A stretch of DNA of 64,000 nucleotides from an uncultured Gammaproteobacteria bacterium (lineage in GTDB: Bacteria > Patescibacteriota > Microgenomatia > Daviesbacterales > UBA10151): NCBI GenBank assembly GCA_964415615.1, contig CAYQAW010000003.1:30788-94787 (forward strand), in the 5' to 3' direction. A program made the translations under genes and the position numbers. The notes under the pieces are model-generated. The model had not been told where the DNA came from, made no database searches, and saw nothing but the letters and a program-made list of their open reading frames with translations. Positions 28,487-38,337 of the stretch are shown here, one piece after another. How positions within the stretch are numbered: position 1 is the first letter of the stretch; each line of letters starts with the position of its first letter.

Positions 28487-28516
28487 CAAACTATACACGA
28501 TCGTTGCTGGTTTGGT
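28487..28516. repeat. 30-bp palindromic direct repeat, copy 2 (after stop of PaaX/Cas2-like gene 2)
   Basis: caaactatacacgatcgttgctggtttggt; 22/30 identical to copy 1; arms accaaac/gtttggt. Confidence 0.8.
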
Positions 28517-28555
28517 ACTGATGGACAATTGGGGTAGTTAAGTTGGTATAATAGT

Positions 28556-30082
28556 ATGGTGGATTTTTTAGTTAGACATAGAAAAAAAATACTCATCTTT
28601 ACTGTTTTAGTAGCTGCATACTTTATTTTAAGGTTGCCTAATTTAACCTTGCAGCCTATTTTTGCCGATGAAGCTATTTATATCAGGTGGGCGCAGGTAA
28701 TGAGAGCTGAATCAACTCTCAGATTCTTACCTTTGTCTGACGGGAAGACCCCGCTTTTTATGTGGGCAATGATACCTTTGTTGAAATTCATCCATGATCC
28801 CCTTTTAGCAGGCAGATTTTTATCTGTAATAGCTGGTTTTTTTACCCTTTTAGGGGTATTTTTTTTGTCGAAGAGAGTTTTTAATATACGTACCGCTTTT
28901 TGGGCAAGTTTACTCTACGTAATTGTTCCTTATACAGTATTCTTTGACAGGATGGCTCTGGTCGATTCCATGCTGGCTGCTTTTACTATCTGGATAGTCT
29001 ATTTTGCCATAGTTTTGGTAAGTAATTTACGTTTGGATATCTCGATGATTTTAGGATATTTACTGGGAGGAGCAATTTTGACAAAAACTCCCGGTATGAT
29101 AAATCTTTTTTTACTTCCATTTGCAATTGTTGCTTTTAACAGAAAGAAGGTAGGTAAGCATACTTTGTTAAATCTATTGATTGTATGGGTAGTTGCAATA
29201 ATAATAGCTTTGGCTATGTATAATATCTTAAGACTGGGACCAAATTTTCACTTGCTTTCTTCCAGGAATTCAGATTATATTTTCTCTCCACTGGAGCTTG
29301 CAGGCAGACCCTTAGATCCATTTATTCCGCATTTCCATGATATTGCCGACTGGTTTCCAAAATTACTCACATGGCCTATTTTGCTCTGTATTGTAATGGG
29401 AATAGGCTATTTACTATATGGGCTTTGGCAGCAGTCTTTTCAAGGAGCACTGCTTTATGGGGTAGTAGTTTTAATATGGGCGTTTATCCCGCTACTTTTG
29501 AATATGGCTTTTTTGAGAACTTTTACAGCCCGTTATCTTTTAACTTCTATCCCCTTACTCTTAATATTAGCTGGATTTGGAGTAACTAAATTGCTACCAA
29601 GGCTGGCATATATCAAACGGCTTCCTATAATTTTAATGCTGATAGTGTTGTTGCCTCTCCCTTTATATTTTGATTATTTTTTGTTGACTTCACCAGGTGA
29701 TGCTCCTTTGCCAAAAGAAGAAAGAAAAGGTTATTTTGAAGATTGGACTGCTGGTTATGGATTTTCAGATATTGCCAAATTTTTAATAGAGAAAAGCCAA
29801 AACCATAAAGTTGTTTTGGGAACAGCTGGGTTTTTTGGGACTTTACCTGATGGCATACAAATTTATCTGGATAAATCGAAAATTTCAATTGTAGGCAGTG
29901 GTGCTACGATCTCAGCACAAATCAGAAATGCTGCTAAAGATAACAAAACCTATTTTATTGGTAATAAAAGAGATTTGGAAGGAAGTATAAATAATGTAGT
30001 GTTAGTTAAAGAATACCTCAAACAGAAGCCTTTAGATAACTCTCCGCAGGATGCTACAGTTTTATATCAAGTCTTGCCATAA
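28556..30082 (+). CDS. GT-C fold glycosyltransferase (PMT/ArnT-like)
   Basis: PIFADEAIYIRWA, DGKTPLF.W, DRMALVDS, multi-TM. Confidence 0.82.
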   Translation: MVDFLVRHRKKILIFTVLVAAYFILRLPNLTLQPIFADEAIYIRWAQVMRAESTLRFLPLSDGKTPLFMWAMIPLLKFIHDPLLAGRFLSVIAGFFTLLGVFFLSKRVFNIRTAFWASLLYVIVPYTVFFDRMALVDSMLAAFTIWIVYFAIVLVSNLRLDISMILGYLLGGAILTKTPGMINLFLLPFAIVAFNRKKVGKHTLLNLLIVWVVAIIIALAMYNILRLGPNFHLLSSRNSDYIFSPLELAGRPLDPFIPHFHDIADWFPKLLTWPILLCIVMGIGYLLYGLWQQSFQGALLYGVVVLIWAFIPLLLNMAFLRTFTARYLLTSIPLLLILAGFGVTKLLPRLAYIKRLPIILMLIVLLPLPLYFDYFLLTSPGDAPLPKEERKGYFEDWTAGYGFSDIAKFLIEKSQNHKVVLGTAGFFGTLPDGIQIYLDKSKISIVGSGATISAQIRNAAKDNKTYFIGNKRDLEGSINNVVLVKEYLKQKPLDNSPQDATVLYQVLP

Positions 30083-30083
30083 C

Positions 30084-31745
30084 ATGAGATTTTCAAATAA
30101 AAACCTCTTTATCCCTATAGTTTTAATTTTGATAACTTTGCCCACATTACTACCCTACTTTAATAATAGATTTTTTTATACTCAAGATTATATTTTTATA
30201 GCAAGATTGCAACAAATGAGTACTGCCTTATTTTCAGGTCAGTTTCCAGTCAGGTGGGCGCCAGACTTAAGGTATGGTGAACCTATTTTTAATTTTTACG
30301 CGCCATTACCTTATTATGTTGGTGCTGTAATTCATTTGTTAGGTTTGAATTTTATCTGGGTAGCTAAAATTCTTTTTATACTTTCGGCTTTATTTTCTGC
30401 CATTACTATGTACATTTTGGCAAATAAGTTATTTGGTCAGAAAGCAGGTGTTTTGGCAGCTATTCTATACACGTATGCGCCTTACAAAGCAGTTGATATG
30501 TATGTGCGTGGATCTCTTTCTGAGACTTGGGCTTTTATCTTTTTTCCTTTAATTTTTTATTGTTCATTAATTTTGGTGCAGCAGGCAAATTTTAAAAACT
30601 TAAGTTTATTAGCTCTGTCTTTGGCAGGATTATTTTTAACACATAATGTTACTACGCTAATGTTCTTGCCTTTTCTTGTACTTTGGTGGATTTATTTAAT
30701 GCTAAAAGAGAAAAAGTGGCTAAGTGTTGTTCATTTGTTTCTAGCATCAGTCTTAGGATTTAGTTTAGCTGCCTCTTTTTTATTACCTGCTCTTTTTGAG
30801 AATGATTTAATTCAAACAAAATATTTAACAGTAGGTTATTTTAATTTTAGGGCCCACTTTGTAGCCTACAAGCAATTCTTTTCTTTATTTTGGGGGTATG
30901 GTTCTTCTTTATGGGGGCCAGATGATGGTTTGTCTTTTCAGGTAGGCTTGGTAAACTCTGCAATTTTAATTGTAACCGCTATTTTGGTTATTGTTAAAAG
31001 AAAAGAGAAAAAATACTTAGGTTTATTTATACTATTGGGAATAAGTTTATTGTTCTCTTTGTTTCTACAGCATAATAAATCAGCTTTTATTTGGGAAGCG
31101 ATACCTCTGATGGCTTTTATTCAATTTCCTTGGCGGTTTTTGGGGATATCTATTTTTTTAATTTCTTTGATGGGTGGTGTTATGGTGTTTTATCTTAAAA
31201 ATAGATTGCAGTTTGTATACTTTATTTTAATAATTGCTGCTATCTTTTCAACTGTAAGCTACTTTAGACCAAAGGAATATACTGATGATAGTTTTTTTGA
31301 TAAATTTTTACAACCTGCGATAATGCACAAGGGCGCTGACCTAACCAAGGATTATTTGCCAATTTGGGTTAAAACTGTTGATGATGAAAGATTTGATATA
31401 CCCCGGGCAGAAAAAGGAGAAATTAAGATTGATAATTTACAACAAAAATCTGCAGTGGTTGATTTCACTGTTAATGCTATTTCGGATAGTACAATTGAGT
31501 TGCCTATTACCTATTTTCCAGGTTGGGAAGTAAGAGCCAATAATACAGTTACAACTCAAAGTCTGCCTTCAAACAGAGGGCTTATTAGATTTGAACTTAC
31601 CAAAGGAAATTATCAAATGAAAGTTGAATTTACAGACACACCTATTAGAAAAATAGGCAATGTTATTTCTTTATGTTCTATTATTCTGACTATTGCATTA
31701 CTTATTTATGAAAAGAGAGGAAGATTAAAATGGGTAAGATCGTAA
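30084..31745 (+). CDS. GT-C membrane protein, PTPS-related / YfhO-like family
   Basis: GQFPVRW.PDL.YGEP.FNFYAPL.YY, VRG.L.E, QFPWRFL, YFPGW. Start moved to ATG 30084. Confidence 0.8.
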   Translation: MRFSNKNLFIPIVLILITLPTLLPYFNNRFFYTQDYIFIARLQQMSTALFSGQFPVRWAPDLRYGEPIFNFYAPLPYYVGAVIHLLGLNFIWVAKILFILSALFSAITMYILANKLFGQKAGVLAAILYTYAPYKAVDMYVRGSLSETWAFIFFPLIFYCSLILVQQANFKNLSLLALSLAGLFLTHNVTTLMFLPFLVLWWIYLMLKEKKWLSVVHLFLASVLGFSLAASFLLPALFENDLIQTKYLTVGYFNFRAHFVAYKQFFSLFWGYGSSLWGPDDGLSFQVGLVNSAILIVTAILVIVKRKEKKYLGLFILLGISLLFSLFLQHNKSAFIWEAIPLMAFIQFPWRFLGISIFLISLMGGVMVFYLKNRLQFVYFILIIAAIFSTVSYFRPKEYTDDSFFDKFLQPAIMHKGADLTKDYLPIWVKTVDDERFDIPRAEKGEIKIDNLQQKSAVVDFTVNAISDSTIELPITYFPGWEVRANNTVTTQSLPSNRGLIRFELTKGNYQMKVEFTDTPIRKIGNVISLCSIILTIALLIYEKRGRLKWVRS

Positions 31746-33448
31746 GTTATATATATCAACATAAAGAATTTATCATTGGACTGTTGTTAACAGTGAGTTT
31801 GTTCTGGCCCCTTGTTGCGGCACCATTCTTTACCCATCATGATGATGTCCAAGTTATTAGACTTTACGAAATGGACAAATGTATCAAAGATCATCAAATT
31901 CCTTGCCGTTGGGTACCTGATTTGGGAGGATTGTATGGATACCCAATTTTTAACTACTATGCACCGTTACCTTATTATTTCGGCGAATTAATTTATTTAT
32001 TAACTCACAGTCTGATAATTTCTGTAAAAGTTATGTTTGCGGTCAGTTTCTTAGGGAGCTATATTTTTATGTACCTTTTAGCATCAAAAATTTGGGGTAA
32101 ATTGGGTGGGAGTTTATCTGCCATTTTTTATATCTTTGCGCCATATCATGCACTGGATTTTTATGTCAGGGGAGCAATGGGGGAGATGTGGGCATTGATG
32201 TTTTTTCCAGTAATCTGCTGGGTGGCGGTCAAGCTTGAAGCGCAAACCAGGCTTATCAATTTGTTTCTTTTGGGGGTTGCTCTTGCATTACTTATAACTT
32301 CTCATAATCTCTCAATGATGATTTTTTTACCGGTTATCTTGGGTTGGATTTTCTTATTATTTTGGAAACGTAAAAACTACTTATTTTTATGGTTTAGTAT
32401 TTTTGCTATCTTAATGGGATTAGCATTATCTGCTTTTTATCTTTTGCCCATGCTTGTAGAAAAGGATTTAGTGCATGTTGATAGTACGATTTCTGGATAT
32501 TTTGGTTATACAGAACACTTTAAAGGTTTTAGTAAGCTATTTTTGGATAGATCATGGGGGTGGGGCGCATCTGTTAGAGAAGTGCCTGGTGGAGAAAAGG
32601 ACGGGATTTCTTTTCAGATAGGATGGGTACATCTTTTGGGGTGGTTTTTTGCCCTAATTGCTGCCAAAGTTTTGTGGAAGAAAAATAAGTGGTTCAGTTT
32701 AGTAATCGCGTTTTGTTCTGTGGTCATTTTGCTCTCGGTGTTTATGATTCATCCCAGATCAGAATTTGTATGGAGGATTGTTGATCCGTTGAAGTATTTA
32801 CAGTTTCCATGGCGATTTTTGCTTCTTATAATATTTTGTATATCGCTAATCTCAGGCAGTTTCTCCTTGTTAGATTTCAAAAAGAAGAATCTACTGTGGG
32901 TATTGCTAGTTGTTTTAGCAGTTGGTTTAAACTTTTCTTATTTCCGTCCGGAAAAATTTATTCAGACAACCGATGAAAAACTCTTGAGTGGTCAAGATTG
33001 GGATAAACAAATCAAACGGTCAATTTTTGATTATTTGCCTATATATGCAAAAGAGCCACCTGCGGAACTGGCAAAAGAAAGATATCAATTTTTAACCGGT
33101 GATAGTCAAGTCTACAATTTTAAGGAAGGAACAAATTGGATTACCTTTGACGTAGAGACTCGTTCACACACGATTATCCGTTTGTCTCAATACTACTTTC
33201 CTGATTGGAAAATATTCGTTGATGGCAGGGAAACGATAGTGGAATATAAAAACAACAGTTTGGGACTGATGACTTTTATTCTAGGAAAAGGCAATCATTC
33301 AATCTCGGCTAGACTTTATGATACACCGATAAGAACTATTGCTAATTTAATATCTTTAACTAGTTTTATGGCTATTATGGTTATATTTTTAATATCTATT
33401 GGAAGAGTTAGAAGATGGCTTACATATTATAGAAACAGAATGAATTAA
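31730..33448 (+). CDS. GT-C membrane protein, PTPS-related / YfhO-like family
   Basis: HHDD, RWVPDL...YGYP.FNYYAPL.YY, VRGAMGE, QFPWRFL, YFPDW. Confidence 0.8.
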   Translation: MGKIVSYIYQHKEFIIGLLLTVSLFWPLVAAPFFTHHDDVQVIRLYEMDKCIKDHQIPCRWVPDLGGLYGYPIFNYYAPLPYYFGELIYLLTHSLIISVKVMFAVSFLGSYIFMYLLASKIWGKLGGSLSAIFYIFAPYHALDFYVRGAMGEMWALMFFPVICWVAVKLEAQTRLINLFLLGVALALLITSHNLSMMIFLPVILGWIFLLFWKRKNYLFLWFSIFAILMGLALSAFYLLPMLVEKDLVHVDSTISGYFGYTEHFKGFSKLFLDRSWGWGASVREVPGGEKDGISFQIGWVHLLGWFFALIAAKVLWKKNKWFSLVIAFCSVVILLSVFMIHPRSEFVWRIVDPLKYLQFPWRFLLLIIFCISLISGSFSLLDFKKKNLLWVLLVVLAVGLNFSYFRPEKFIQTTDEKLLSGQDWDKQIKRSIFDYLPIYAKEPPAELAKERYQFLTGDSQVYNFKEGTNWITFDVETRSHTIIRLSQYYFPDWKIFVDGRETIVEYKNNSLGLMTFILGKGNHSISARLYDTPIRTIANLISLTSFMAIMVIFLISIGRVRRWLTYYRNRMN

Positions 33449-33457
33449 ACTAAAATT

Positions 33458-34936
33458 ATGGATGAAAGTGTTGAGCAAATTGATCCAACAGAAGAACTAA
33501 CAACAGAGGTTGTTAAAAAGCGGGCCGCTAAAGGCGCTGCCGTACTGACTGTAAGGACCATATTTATACAGGCAATTTCCTTTTTTGCCAATATCGCTCT
33601 GACTATCTTCCTGGGGCCAGCAGAATATGGAGTATTTTTTTTAGTATCAGCAGTGATAAATTTCTTGGCATATTTTAGTGATATTGGTTTTGCTGCAGCT
33701 TTAATTCAAAGAAAAGAAAAATTAACAGAGAAAGATTTAAGGACTATTTTTACAGCTCAAAATTGCCTAATTATTTTACTGATATTGATAATTTTTCTGT
33801 CAACACCGCTTATCAGAAGCTTTTATCATTTTAACCAAGCAGGTGTTTATTTGCTCTGGGCTTTGGCTTTCTCGCTTTTTACCTCCTCTTTAAAAACTAT
33901 TCCTTCGGTTTTACTGGAACGGAAACTGGAATTTAATAAATTGATAATACCGCAAATCGTTGAAACTATTGTGTTTAATCTGACGGTAGTGTATCTTGCC
34001 TGGAAAGGTTTTGGTGTTACCAGTTTTACCATTGGTGTGTTGGTAAGAAGTGTCAGTGGGTTAATTACAGCTTATATTGTACAGCCATGGCTGCCCAAGT
34101 TCTCATTTTCTAAAGACTCTTTTAAATCCATTCTAAAGTTTGGTATTCCTTACCAAATGAATATTTTTTTGGCTATGGTTAAAGATGATGGTATGACACT
34201 TTTTCTGGGTAGTATCATTGGTGCTTCAGGAGTAGGGCTATTAGGTTGGGCGCAAAAATGGGCTTATGCACCATTGCGGTTTTTTATGGACCAGGTTATA
34301 AAAGTGACTTTTCCGGCATTTTCCAGGTTACAGGGAAATAAAAAAGATTTATCAGATATAGTGAATAAATCGATCTTTTTTATCTGTTTGCTAGTTTTTC
34401 CATCGCTTGTGATGTTGGTTTTAGTGGCGCCAATTTTAGTGCAACTTATTCCTAAGTATATTAAATGGAATCCTGCATTGTTTGCGTTGTCTATTTTGAC
34501 CATTACTTCTGCTTTGGCAGCAGTAACTACCCCGTTGACCAACACCTTAAATGCGATAGGTAAAATATCGGTTACTTTTAAATTGATGATTATGTGGACT
34601 GTTCTAACCTGGATTTTTGTTCCTTTACTTGCTTACGTTTACGGAGTAAATGGAGCAGCGGTTGGGTTTACCTTAGTGGGACTTAGTTCTTTTGTAGCCA
34701 TTTATTTGGTGTCAAAATATGTTGAGATGGATTATTTTAAAAGTGTGGGAAAACCGCTACTTTCAGCATTGATGATGGGAATTTGTATATCTATTATTAG
34801 AAATATTTTTACTGTATCCTGGCAACAAGTAATTATTATGGTTGCAGTAGGAGTTATTTCTTATGTTGTATTGATGTTGTTACTAGAACCAAAGCTAGTT
34901 TCTTTAGTTCAAAATCAGTTCAGGAAAAGACAATGA
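33458..34936 (+). CDS. Wzx/MOP-family oligosaccharide flippase
   Basis: L.PAEYG, DIGF.AALIQ, LERKLEF, V.FPAFSRLQ; polytopic membrane protein. Confidence 0.88.
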   Translation: MDESVEQIDPTEELTTEVVKKRAAKGAAVLTVRTIFIQAISFFANIALTIFLGPAEYGVFFLVSAVINFLAYFSDIGFAAALIQRKEKLTEKDLRTIFTAQNCLIILLILIIFLSTPLIRSFYHFNQAGVYLLWALAFSLFTSSLKTIPSVLLERKLEFNKLIIPQIVETIVFNLTVVYLAWKGFGVTSFTIGVLVRSVSGLITAYIVQPWLPKFSFSKDSFKSILKFGIPYQMNIFLAMVKDDGMTLFLGSIIGASGVGLLGWAQKWAYAPLRFFMDQVIKVTFPAFSRLQGNKKDLSDIVNKSIFFICLLVFPSLVMLVLVAPILVQLIPKYIKWNPALFALSILTITSALAAVTTPLTNTLNAIGKISVTFKLMIMWTVLTWIFVPLLAYVYGVNGAAVGFTLVGLSSFVAIYLVSKYVEMDYFKSVGKPLLSALMMGICISIIRNIFTVSWQQVIIMVAVGVISYVVLMLLLEPKLVSLVQNQFRKRQ

Positions 34937-37900
34937 GAAGATTATTGTTTTTAGTTTTGTTTTTATTCTCCGTAATTTTCACACCTAATATTTTTGCGCA
35001 AAGTAATTCCTTTGTGACGGTAGTAAATCCTGTTAGGGGAACTGATTTCTGGGATCTAAAAGGTCAAAATCCAGAAACTGCTGTACTGGGCCAAATTGCA
35101 ATTCTAGATAAATTTAATCTACCTGCTACTTGGCTACTGCGTTTTGATGTTCTTTCAGAGAAAGATATTGTTGATAAGTTGCAGGGTAGAACTTTGGACG
35201 AAAGAGGTTTGTTTTTAGAAATTACTCCAACCTGGACGAGTCATGCAAAAGTTAATTACCACCAATCAGGCAGCTGGCATGCAGCTGGCAGCGCTTTTTT
35301 AACTGGTTATGAAAGAGGAGAGCGTGAACAATTGATTGATACAGCTTTCGAGAAATTCAAAAGTGTTTTTGGATATTATCCGGTTTCAGTTGGTGCTTGG
35401 TGGATTGATAGTTATTCTTTGGGGTATATGCAGAAAAAATATGGAACAGTTGCTGCTTTAATTGTTGCTGATCAGTACTCAACTGATAATTATCAGATTT
35501 GGGGACAATATTTTGGGACTCCCTTCTATCCTGCTAAAAATAATGCCCTGCATCCTGCTCAAAATTTAGAAAATAAGCTGGATGTTGTGATAACACAATG
35601 GGCTCTGAGAGATCCGGTAAATAGCTATGGAAATGGAGTTTCAGAAAGCACATTTTCTTTGCAGGCAAATGATTACATAGATTTTCATGATTTAGATATC
35701 AAATATTTTTCCAGATTGATTGATATTTATACAAAACAGCAGTTTAATCAATTTAATTTAGCAGTAGTTGGTCTGGAAAATTCTTATTCCTGGAATAAAT
35801 ATGCAGAAGAGTACGAAAATCAAATAAAAGTTTTGAGCGAAAAGAGAAATGCCGGACAGTTTTCAGTTGTCCTTATGAAAGATTTTGCCAGTTGGTATAA
35901 ATCATCTTTTCCCAAGTTTTCCCCGACGCAGCTGATAGTGACAGATGACCCATTGGGAACTTTCAAAAAAGCAGTTTGGTATATGGACCCTTATTTCCGG
36001 GTTGGATGGTTTGTTAATTCTGAAGGCAGTATATTTAGGGATATAAGGCAATATATAGATGGTGAGGAAGAGCTTTGTTTCAAAAACCGCTGTGATAGTG
36101 TAAATTTTGCAACAAGCGCAACTAGAGTATTGGATGATGTGAGTTTTGGGCAGCGCTGGGTTGTTGATCAGGGACAGATCAGTAATTTTAAAGTAATAAG
36201 AAATAGTGAAAAATTTGTAATAAGTTACAACAATGAGGCGGGAAATTTAAGGCAAATAGGTTTACTGTCTCGTGATATTAGTATTGATGAAAAGACTTTT
36301 TCAATTGATAGCGCTATTTTGAATGTGACTACAAGAGAGAGTTTGGTAATCAAAAGCGCAGCAGCCTCTGGCAGTTTTCTAAAATGGTCACTAGTTTCTG
36401 TAGTAGTGAAGCTCGGTGGATTTTTTATCTTCTTGCTTCTAGGTGTTATTATCCCAGGGTTTATATTAACTAATAAAGTTTTTAAAGATAAACCAATTTT
36501 TTTGAGATTATTTATTTCTTGCACAGTCGGTTTTGTAACGTTAACCTTGCTTTTTTATATAGCCAGCCTATTACATCTTAGGCCTTTGATTTTTGGGTAT
36601 ATTTTATTAGGTTTTATTATCTTCATACGCTTAAAGTTATATAACTTATTGATAGATTTATCTAAAGTTCAGAAATTCTCCAACGTAATTGTAGTTTTAA
36701 TAATTTTGGCTGGAACTGTTTTTCAAGTCATTCCTACCTTTAAAAGTGGTCTAAATTTTTCTTATGGTATGGGTTTATGGGGCCCAAATACTCATGATGG
36801 GATTTGGCATATGGCGCTGGTAAACCAATTGATTAAATCAGTGCCTCCTGAGAACCCAGTTTATGCTGGTGTTATACTGAAAAATTATCATTTCTTTTAT
36901 GATCTTTTGATTGCTGCTACAAATTATCTTTCTACAGTTCCTGTTGCTGATTTGATATTTAGGTTTTATCCAATCTTTTTCTCTTTAATGCTTGGTGTAG
37001 GATCTTATTATCTGGCTTTAAAACTTTTTAGAAGCAAAATAGCGGGTTTATTTAGCCTATATTTGATTTATTCCGCAGGAAGTTTTGGCTGGATAGTAGA
37101 ATTTCTGCGTGAGAGACATATTGGTGGGGAATCAGCATTTTGGGCAAACCAGTCAGTTTCTTTTAATTTAAACCCTCCATTTGCTATATCTTTAGTGATT
37201 ATTATTGCCTTATTTCATATTCTTTTTCATCTATCTTTCTCTTTCAGATTGAGAAATATCTTTTTAGTTATTCTTTTGGCAGGATCTTTGATTGGCTTTA
37301 AATCATATGGCGCTATTTTAATTTTGGTATCATTACTTCTTGTAGGTTCATTCAAAAAACAATTGTATTTCCTTATAATTTTTAGCGGGGCAGCACTAAT
37401 TTCCCTATTGATTTTCCTGCCTAATTTTGATTTGACCTCCAATTTATTAATTTTTGCCCCTTTTTGGTTTATTCACTCCATGATAGATTCGCCGGACCGG
37501 GTGGGATGGGTAAGATTATCTCTGGCTAGAGAAGCAGGAATTACAACACATAACTGGTTTAAATTTATTTTGGCAGAAGCCTTGAGTTTGGCAATATTTA
37601 TTGCCGGTAACTTAGGTCTACGGGTTATAAGTTTAATATCGCTTATTAAAATAAAAACTATCATCAAAGATGAGAAAATTCTGTTTATTTTTATCTTTGC
37701 TCTTCTATCTTTTATGATTCCAATTTTGTTTATTCAATCTGGTAATCCTTGGAATACGATCCAATTTTCTTATTATGGTCTTTATGTTGCTGCCCTGGTA
37801 AGTGGTGTGGTACTATTTAAACTTACAAAGTTACCCAAATATATTGCTGTTTTGGTAATTTTTATCATTCTTATTTTAGCGCCAATTAATTCGGCGGTAA

Positions 37901-38337
37901 CAGCAAATAGTTACTTAAGCAAGAATCCCCATGCATTTATTTCTGCTGGAGAACTTCAGGGCTTACAATTTTTAGCTAATCAGACAGATGGAGTAGTGCT
38001 GACCTTCCCCTATGATAGTAGATTGAAACAAAGATTTGCTGAACCCTGGCCGGTTTATGCCTATGATAGTACTGCATACATTGCAGCACTTTCTAAAAAA
38101 AGCGTCTATATAGAGGATGAACCGCAAAATCAAATTTTACTTACTGATTACAAAAAAAGACTTGTAGCATCAAAGGATTTTTTCTTGAAACCTGTCTCAG
38201 AAGAAATGAAATTTCTCTTAGATAATAACATAAAGTATGTTTACCTGCCTAAAATATTTAATGTAAGACTGGATGAAAGTACAAAACTCATTAAAAATAT
38301 TTTTGAAAATGAAGAAGTAGTAATTTATAGTCACTAA
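34933..38337 (+). CDS. Fusion of an extracytoplasmic deacetylase/GH-like barrel domain and a GT-C (HDGxWH subfamily)
   Basis: Signal peptide, LPATWLL, EKFKSVFGYYP.SVG.W (NodB-like barrel), then HDGIWH..L, NYHFF.D, multi-TM. Confidence 0.72.
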   Translation: MRRLLFLVLFLFSVIFTPNIFAQSNSFVTVVNPVRGTDFWDLKGQNPETAVLGQIAILDKFNLPATWLLRFDVLSEKDIVDKLQGRTLDERGLFLEITPTWTSHAKVNYHQSGSWHAAGSAFLTGYERGEREQLIDTAFEKFKSVFGYYPVSVGAWWIDSYSLGYMQKKYGTVAALIVADQYSTDNYQIWGQYFGTPFYPAKNNALHPAQNLENKLDVVITQWALRDPVNSYGNGVSESTFSLQANDYIDFHDLDIKYFSRLIDIYTKQQFNQFNLAVVGLENSYSWNKYAEEYENQIKVLSEKRNAGQFSVVLMKDFASWYKSSFPKFSPTQLIVTDDPLGTFKKAVWYMDPYFRVGWFVNSEGSIFRDIRQYIDGEEELCFKNRCDSVNFATSATRVLDDVSFGQRWVVDQGQISNFKVIRNSEKFVISYNNEAGNLRQIGLLSRDISIDEKTFSIDSAILNVTTRESLVIKSAAASGSFLKWSLVSVVVKLGGFFIFLLLGVIIPGFILTNKVFKDKPIFLRLFISCTVGFVTLTLLFYIASLLHLRPLIFGYILLGFIIFIRLKLYNLLIDLSKVQKFSNVIVVLIILAGTVFQVIPTFKSGLNFSYGMGLWGPNTHDGIWHMALVNQLIKSVPPENPVYAGVILKNYHFFYDLLIAATNYLSTVPVADLIFRFYPIFFSLMLGVGSYYLALKLFRSKIAGLFSLYLIYSAGSFGWIVEFLRERHIGGESAFWANQSVSFNLNPPFAISLVIIIALFHILFHLSFSFRLRNIFLVILLAGSLIGFKSYGAILILVSLLLVGSFKKQLYFLIIFSGAALISLLIFLPNFDLTSNLLIFAPFWFIHSMIDSPDRVGWVRLSLAREAGITTHNWFKFILAEALSLAIFIAGNLGLRVISLISLIKIKTIIKDEKILFIFIFALLSFMIPILFIQSGNPWNTIQFSYYGLYVAALVSGVVLFKLTKLPKYIAVLVIFIILILAPINSAVTANSYLSKNPHAFISAGELQGLQFLANQTDGVVLTFPYDSRLKQRFAEPWPVYAYDSTAYIAALSKKSVYIEDEPQNQILLTDYKKRLVASKDFFLKPVSEEMKFLLDNNIKYVYLPKIFNVRLDESTKLIKNIFENEEVVIYSH

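Noticed and set aside
27947-28516. Integron attC cassette or IS element
   Set aside because: No RYYYAAC/GTTRRRY boxes, no integrase or transposase, and the repeats are direct rather than terminal inverted.
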